From Deltaproteobacteria bacterium (GTDB lineage: Bacteria > UBA10199 > GCA-002796325 > JACPFF01), in the NCBI GenBank assembly GCA_016183125.1, contig JACPFG010000072.1, positions 1-13,309 on the forward strand: DNA of 13,309 nt. The letters are read 5' to 3'. Position numbers and translations under genes: made by a program. Positions 8,267 to 13,309 of this stretch are shown one piece after another (the stretch's first letter is position 1; each line of letters starts with the position of its first letter). Below the pieces are notes generated by a model. It did no database searches. It was not told the origin of the DNA and saw only the letters and a program-made list of their open reading frames with translations.

Positions 8267-9088
8267 ATGGGGGTCCGACCCTATCCACTGGCCAGCCGCG
8301 TGGGCCATGCGCAACCGTCGACTATTGCAATTCGGAACGGCTCCGTCCAAGTCGGAAACGGGGCGTTTTGCCTCATAGCGGGTCCATGTGCCGTCGAATC
8401 GCGCGAGCAGATAGTCGAATGTGCCCGCGCGGTGAAGGCGGCCGGGGCAAATGCGCTGCGAGGCGGCGTCTACAAGCCGCGCACGAGCCCGTACGATTTT
8501 CAGGGCCTGGGTGAGGAGGGACTCCGCCTGCTGGCAACCGCACGCGAGGTAACAGGGTTGCCCATAGTCACCGAGGTCCTCGATCCGCGCGATGTCGCGC
8601 TGGTAGGCGAATACGCTGATTGCATCCAGGTGGGGTCGCGCAATACCCAGAATTATCCCTTACTTAAGGAATTAGGGCTCATCCGGCGGCCTGTGCTTCT
8701 CAAGCGCGGCATGGCGATGACTATTCACGAATGGCTCCTCTCCGCCGAATATATCTTATCTGCGGGCAATACAGACGTGATCCTCTGCGAGCGGGGGATC
8801 CGCACGTTCGAGAGCGCCACGAGGCACACGCTAGATCTAAATGCTATTCCGGTGCTAAAGGCTGAGACCCATCTCCCAGTACTGGTCGATCCCTCCCACG
8901 GGACCGGCTGCGCCGCCTACGTCCCGGCGATGGCGAAGGCTGCTATGGCCGCGGGCGCCGACGGACTGCTTATCGAGGTCCATCCCGATCCGGCGACAGC
9001 GGTCAGCGATGGCGAACAGTCGCTCACCTGCGGCCAGTTCGCGGCACTCTCCACCCAGTTGCGCACTTTGCGTACCGCCCTCCGCTGA
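8267..9088 (+). CDS. 3-deoxy-7-phosphoheptulonate (DAHP) synthase, class I-beta (short Thermotoga/Pyrococcus type without a regulatory domain)
   Basis: [12 protein letters not shown]...[26 protein letters not shown]...VDPSHGTG...HPDP. The KPRTSPY and DPSH motifs separate it from KDO8P synthase. 273 aa. Confidence 0.88.
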   Translation: MGVRPYPLASRVGHAQPSTIAIRNGSVQVGNGAFCLIAGPCAVESREQIVECARAVKAAGANALRGGVYKPRTSPYDFQGLGEEGLRLLATAREVTGLPIVTEVLDPRDVALVGEYADCIQVGSRNTQNYPLLKELGLIRRPVLLKRGMAMTIHEWLLSAEYILSAGNTDVILCERGIRTFESATRHTLDLNAIPVLKAETHLPVLVDPSHGTGCAAYVPAMAKAAMAAGADGLLIEVHPDPATAVSDGEQSLTCGQFAALSTQLRTLRTALR

Positions 9089-9155
9089 CCTCCGCTGGCC
9101 GGTTGACTCATCGGTGGGCCCATGATAGGCGGCGGCAGCCTTGGAAGGAGGGCCT

Positions 9156-10175
9156 ATGTCTCCCGTGCGGGTCGCAGTGAATGGATTCGGTAGGATCGGT
9201 CGGCAAATCGTCAAGTTGGCGATGAACGATCCTGCGATCGAGTTTGTAGGCATCAATGAGATATGCGACGTGCCGACGATGGCACACCTGCTTAAATACG
9301 ACTCCATCTTCGGGCGCGCGGCCATTTCGGTGGAGGCGCGCGATCGGGCGCTGGTCGTTAACGGCAAGCCGATTCCGGTAACTAGCGAGAAGGATCCGGC
9401 CAAGCTCCCATGGAAGGCCAGGGAGGCCCATCTGGTACTGGAGTGTACGGGGAAGTTTACCGATCGGGAGGCCGCGGCGGCCCATCTTACCGCCGGTGCG
9501 CGCACCGTGATCGTCTCAGCGCCAGCCAAGGGGGCCGATGTGACTGTCTGCATGGGAGTCAACCAGCAGACGATCGATCCGGCCAAACACCGGGTCATCT
9601 CCAATGCATCCTGCACGACAAATTGCCTAGCCCCGATAGCGAAGGTCCTGCACGAGCGTTTTCGGATCGAGTCAGGATTCATGACCACCATCCATTCATA
9701 TACGAGCGATCAGCGCCTTATGGACAGCCCGCACAAGGATTGGCGGCGGGCACGGGCCGCTGCCCTCTCTCAGATTCCGACATCAACCGGTGCGGCCAGG
9801 GCGGTTGGGTTGGTCCTGCCGGAGCTTACGGGCAAGCTGGACGGGATCGCTATTCGAGTCCCGACGGCAAATGTCTCATGCCTCGATCTGGTGGCAACCC
9901 TTGCTACTGCGACTACTGCTGCGGAAATAAACGCGGCCTTCAAGGCGGCTGCCGGCGGCCCCCTTAAGGGGATCTTGGCTGTAAGCGAGGAGCCGCTCGT
10001 CTCCGCCGATTTTTGCGGCGATCCACACTCGAGCATAGTCGATGCCATGTCGACCTTAGTGCTGCCAGCTGCCGGCGGTCGGTTCGTCAAGGTGTTGGCC
10101 TGGTACGATAACGAGACCGGATTTGCCCAGCGGATGGTAGATCTGGCGAAATACGTCGGCGAGCGATGGTCATGA
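9156..10175 (+). CDS. gap: Glyceraldehyde-3-phosphate dehydrogenase, type I
   Basis: VAVNGFGRIGR (NAD-binding), catalytic SNASCTTNCLAP, and WYDNETGF near the C-terminus. SD GGAAGGAGGG before ATG 9156. The track ORF starts at TTG 9141. Confidence 0.95.
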   Translation: MSPVRVAVNGFGRIGRQIVKLAMNDPAIEFVGINEICDVPTMAHLLKYDSIFGRAAISVEARDRALVVNGKPIPVTSEKDPAKLPWKAREAHLVLECTGKFTDREAAAAHLTAGARTVIVSAPAKGADVTVCMGVNQQTIDPAKHRVISNASCTTNCLAPIAKVLHERFRIESGFMTTIHSYTSDQRLMDSPHKDWRRARAAALSQIPTSTGAARAVGLVLPELTGKLDGIAIRVPTANVSCLDLVATLATATTAAEINAAFKAAAGGPLKGILAVSEEPLVSADFCGDPHSSIVDAMSTLVLPAAGGRFVKVLAWYDNETGFAQRMVDLAKYVGERWS

Positions 10176-11359
10176 TGAAATCGGTCCGCGAGATTGCGTG
10201 TCACGAACAGCGCGTCTTCTTGCGCGTCGATTGGAATTGTCCGCTGGCCGACGACAGGGTGGCCGACGATGCGCGCATCCGTGCGACGTTGCCTACCGTC
10301 AGGTATCTGTTGGAGCAGAAGGCGCGTATTATAATTGCGTCACATCTAGGCCGGCCTTCCGGCGCCGGTTTCGAGCCAAGCTATTCTCTGGCCCCTGTGG
10401 GGGAGCGGCTGGCCGAACTCCTGGCGGACGACACGGAGGTCCTTTTGCCGGAGGATTGCATCGGAGATGCGGCGCGGAAGCTGGCGCATGAACTTGCGCC
10501 GGGCCAGATCCTCTTGTTGGAAAATCTTCGATTTCATCCGGAGGAGGAGAAGAATGATCCCAAATTCGCCGAGTTGCTGGCCGGTCTGGCGGAGGTCTAC
10601 GTGAACGATGCCTTCGGGGCCGCGCATCGGGCGCACGCCTCCATCGTCGGCGTGCCTCGGCTGATGCCGGTGAAGGCGGCCGGATTACTGATGCAGCGGG
10701 AGACAGAGCAGTTAGGTCAGTTGCTTTCTAAACCTGCCCGCCCATTCGTGGCCATGTTGGGGGGGGCCAAGGTGGCAGATAAGATCGGCGTGATCGAGCA
10801 TCTGCTGTCTACCGCAGATGTGCTCGCTATCGGTGGCGCGATGGCGTATACGTTTCTCAAGGCAAAGGAAATTTCAGTCGGCAGGTCGCCGGTGGACGAG
10901 GCGAAGGTGTTCACCGCGCGCAAGGTGCTGGAGCGGGCCGAGACTAAGGGGGTGCGGGTGCTCCTCCCGGCGGACCATATCGCTGCGGCGTCGCCGGAGG
11001 CCGCCGGAAAGGTGATCCGGGAGGCTAATATCCCGGCCGACTTGCAAGGATGCGACATCGGACCCCAAACGACCGTCCAGTTTGCCAGGGTCTGCAAGGA
11101 GGCTCGCACTATCTTTTGGAACGGTCCTATGGGCCGGTTTGAGATCCCGGAGTTTGCGAAAGGAACGGTGGCGGTGGCGCAGGCAGTAGCGGCCAGTGAG
11201 GCGGTGACGGTGGTAGGGGGCGGCGATTCGATTGCGGCGCTGCATCAGGCAGGTGTGGCTGAACGGATCACCCATGTCTCTACTGGTGGAGGGGCAAGCC
11301 TGGATTTCCTGGAGGGGAAGACCCTGCCGGGGATAGAGGCGCTGGAGGTTTCTTCATGA
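10166..11359 (+). CDS. pgk: Phosphoglycerate kinase
   Basis: Canonical PGK sequence throughout. The start is one of ATG 10166, 10172 or 10175; 10175 overlaps the gap stop as TGATG. The TGA stop overlaps the tpiA ATG (ATGA). Confidence 0.95.
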   Translation: MVMMKSVREIACHEQRVFLRVDWNCPLADDRVADDARIRATLPTVRYLLEQKARIIIASHLGRPSGAGFEPSYSLAPVGERLAELLADDTEVLLPEDCIGDAARKLAHELAPGQILLLENLRFHPEEEKNDPKFAELLAGLAEVYVNDAFGAAHRAHASIVGVPRLMPVKAAGLLMQRETEQLGQLLSKPARPFVAMLGGAKVADKIGVIEHLLSTADVLAIGGAMAYTFLKAKEISVGRSPVDEAKVFTARKVLERAETKGVRVLLPADHIAAASPEAAGKVIREANIPADLQGCDIGPQTTVQFARVCKEARTIFWNGPMGRFEIPEFAKGTVAVAQAVAASEAVTVVGGGDSIAALHQAGVAERITHVSTGGGASLDFLEGKTLPGIEALEVSS

Positions 11360-12011
11360 CATCACGGGGCCTGGTGGTGGGCAACTGGAAGATGCACGGG
11401 ACGATAGGGGAGAGCCTGAAGCTCGTAACAGGGATGGAGCATCATCTTAAGGCCCCTGTGGAGCTCGACGTTGCCGTGGCACCTCCTTTCACGGCGCTCT
11501 ATTCGGTAGGGATAACCCTGCAGGAGACCCAGTTTCATCTGGCGGCCCAACAGATGATATCGTGAATAAGAAACTTGAGGCTGCGTTGCGCAATGAGCTC
11601 GCGCCGATTTTTTGCGTAGGTGAGACGGCGGATGAGCGCGAACGGCGTGAAATGGAGACTGTGCTCGAGCGACAGATCAAACGAGGCCTGGCCGGGTTGC
11701 ATCATAAAGATGTGGAACATCTAGTGGTAGCCTACGAGCCGATATGGGCGATTGGGACGGGCAAGACAGCGACAGCAGACCAGATAGCCGAGGCCCATCA
11801 TTTCCTTCGCAATCTATTGGAAAAACTATACGATGCGCCTACGGCCGTGCAGGTGCGAATCCTCTACGGGGGAAGCGTCGCTGTGGAGAGTGCGGGTTTG
11901 ATAGCTGAGTTAAATGGGGTTGACGGTTTCCTGGTCGGTGGAGCGTCGCTAACAGCCGGTGACTTCGCCGAGATCGTCCGTACGGCTGAACTGAAGATCC
12001 GAAAGAGGTGA
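11356..12011 (+). pseudogene. tpiA: Triosephosphate isomerase gene disrupted by an internal deletion of about 118 nt plus a frameshift. The N-terminal 69-codon fragment is 11356-11565. The C-terminal 149-codon fragment is 11562-12011, in another frame.
   Basis: The N fragment ...VGNWKMHGT...VAVAPPFTAL...LAAQQMIS-stop matches TIM up to the AQN region. The C fragment starts (V)NKKLEAALRNELAPIFCVGE... and continues with YEPIWAIGTGKTAT...ILYGGSV...GGASL. The catalytic H95 segment is missing between them. Confidence 0.8.
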
Positions 12012-12015
12012 CACG

Positions 12016-12306
12016 ATGCAAACGGGTATACTGGTGATCCATTATCTGGTCTGCGCGCTGCTTGTCCTGGTGATTCTCCTCCAGTCGGGCAAAGGGGCGG
12101 AGATAGGCGCTGTCTTTTCCGGCTCCTCGCAGACAATATTCGGCGGGCGCGGTCCTGCTACATTCTTCCAGAAATTGACGGTCGGATTGGCCCTGGTTTT
12201 TCTATGCACCTCGATCGGGCTTGCTTATTACGCAAAGGTCGCTACGCAACGGACCGTGATCGAGGAGGCACCGGCACCGGAACAACCGGCGGAGAGCGGG
12301 AGGTAA
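12016..12306 (+). CDS. secG: Preprotein translocase subunit SecG
   Basis: MQTGILVIHYLVCALLVLVILLQSGKGAEIGAVFSGSSQTIFGGRGPATFFQKLTVGLALVF... is the typical SecG double-TM pattern with LLQxGKG. SD AAGAGGTGA. Conserved gap-pgk-tpiA-secG synteny. Confidence 0.85.
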   Translation: MQTGILVIHYLVCALLVLVILLQSGKGAEIGAVFSGSSQTIFGGRGPATFFQKLTVGLALVFLCTSIGLAYYAKVATQRTVIEEAPAPEQPAESGR

Positions 12307-12325
12307 CTACACACAACCTCTTTCT

Positions 12326-12484
12326 CTAACGCAATACATTTTCGACAAACTCCTTTGCTTCTTCGACGATCAAGTCGGCCTTCTCCGGTGTTATCGGCGA
12401 GGGATTGGAACCCTTGCAGATCGTCGGGATGGTGGGCGTTGCCGCCTCGGTCCTTCTCCTCCAGCGACTCACCGCCGTCGCCAT
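12326..12484 (-). CDS. Speculative 52-aa ORF downstream of, and co-oriented with, the Fic gene (MATAVSRWRRRTEAATPTIPTICKGSNPSPITPEKADLIVEEAKEFVENVLR)
   Basis: Hand-translated. Below the 60-aa track cutoff. Basic N-terminus and amphipathic acidic C-terminus. No SD. Confidence 0.12.
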   Translation of the reverse strand: MATAVSRWRRRTEAATPTIPTICKGSNPSPITPEKADLIVEEAKEFVENVLR

Positions 12485-12523
12485 CCCGCAGCCGGGATGA
12501 TCATTGGCAAGCGAAGGGATCGG

Positions 12524-13309
12524 TTATTTTCCTAGAGTCTCTGCAAGGGCGTAGCTGGTAGAGCGCCCGCGCGCCGGATCTTTGGCCAGGATATGCCGCG
12601 CGACCAGGTCGTCAATATCGCGTAGCGCCGTATCTTGCGAGCACTTGGCTAGCTTCGCCCATTTCGACGATGTAAGCTTGCCGTCAAATCCATCGAGAAG
12701 ACGGTTGATGACAAGGCGTTGTCGGTCGTTTAAGGATTGGCTCCTCTGTTCTTCCCAAAAGCGCGCTTTTTTCATCACACCCGCGAGGATGGTCTCTGCG
12801 CCTTCGAAGGCCCGATCAAGACAGTTCAAGAACCAATCAAGCCAGAGCGTGATGTCGAGATAGCCCCTCTGGGTGGCTTCGAGAATGTCATAATAGGCCT
12901 TTCGCTCTTCCCGGATCTGCGCCGACATGCTGTAGAAGCGTTGCGCATTCTTCTCTGAGCGCGCGAGCGTAAGATCAGCAATGGCGCGTGCTATACGACC
13001 ATTGCCGTCGTCGAAAGGATGGATGGTGACAAACCAAAGGTGCGCCACACCTGCCTTGAGAACCAAATCGTCGGGCGCATCTTTTTTATTGAACCAGTGC
13101 AGAAACGCCTTCATCTCCGTGCGCAGGCGGTCAGTAGCGGGCGCCTCATAATGGACCCGCTCGCGGCCCGCCGCACCGGAAACAACCTGCATCGGGCCGG
13201 TCTTGTCTTTACGCCATGCACCGACGGTGATCTTGGTCATGCCGCTACGCCCGGTTGGAAACAGCGAGGCGTGCCATGCGAACAAGCGATTGGTGGTCAT
13301 CGGGTCGGC
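12524..13309 (-). CDS. Fic/Doc-family protein (AMPylase-type), 3' portion only; the 5' end lies beyond the window edge. Core motif HPFDDGNGRIAR and a C-terminal winged-helix-like domain.
   Basis: HPFxDGNGRxxR read directly in ...VTIHPFDDGNGRIARAIADLTLA... The ORF is still open at 13309 (track M at 13300 is internal). Stop at 12524-12526. Confidence 0.85.
   Translation of the reverse strand, partial: ADPMTTNRLFAWHASLFPTGRSGMTKITVGAWRKDKTGPMQVVSGAAGRERVHYEAPATDRLRTEMKAFLHWFNKKDAPDDLVLKAGVAHLWFVTIHPFDDGNGRIARAIADLTLARSEKNAQRFYSMSAQIREERKAYYDILEATQRGYLDITLWLDWFLNCLDRAFEGAETILAGVMKKARFWEEQRSQSLNDRQRLVINRLLDGFDGKLTSSKWAKLAKCSQDTALRDIDDLVARHILAKDPARGRSTSYALAETLGK

Noticed and set aside
9089-9155. 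Tandem CCTCCGCTG x2 and a TTGACT-type hexamer before gap
   Set aside because: A possible weak promoter, but -10 matches are poor. gap may be co-transcribed with the DAHPS gene, so it is not called.
8855-9691. - strand 278-aa ORF spanning the DAHPS and gap genes
   Set aside because: Antisense to two well-supported genes and crosses their intergenic region. Spurious.
11555-11560. GATATC (EcoRV site) exactly at the tpiA deletion junction, suggesting an engineered deletion
   Set aside because: A single 6-mer is expected by chance. There are no other cloning-scar features.
12355-12561. + strand 68-aa ORF between secG and fic
   Set aside because: Ser/Pro/Arg-rich junk that overlaps the fic 3' end.

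Overview
This is a 13.3-kb high-GC (about 60%) bacterial chromosomal window. It holds a mix of housekeeping and accessory genes, and several reading frames carry lesions. From left to right the + strand carries a GC-rich inverted repeat (1-53), then an SPFH/prohibitin membrane protein (383-1174). Overlapping its end on the - strand is a GGQ-domain ArfB-like ribosome-rescue gene (1152-1586); that frame has an in-frame TGA and no usable start codon after it. Next come a 67-aa histone-fold protein with a near-consensus promoter (1665-1868, +) and a proline-rich, single-TM protein with a C-terminal FHA domain (1953-3308, +). A 0.7-kb vapBC cassette (3400-4031, +) follows. It is bracketed by 21-bp direct repeats that copy the last codons and stop of the convergent 550-aa beta-barrel outer-membrane protein gene (4047-5699, -). 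groES-groEL lies on the - strand (5798-7678) with a hairpin terminator; its GroEL lacks about 24 conserved residues at the apical-domain hinge. Two small translationally coupled hypothetical genes sit upstream of groES (- strand), and the second has no in-frame stop before groES. A + strand cluster then runs DAHP synthase - gap - pgk - tpiA - secG. tpiA is split by an internal deletion of about 118 nt plus a frameshift. The window ends with the 3' part of a Fic-family gene (- strand) that runs off the edge. I saw no rRNA, tRNA, CRISPR array, transposase or integrase.
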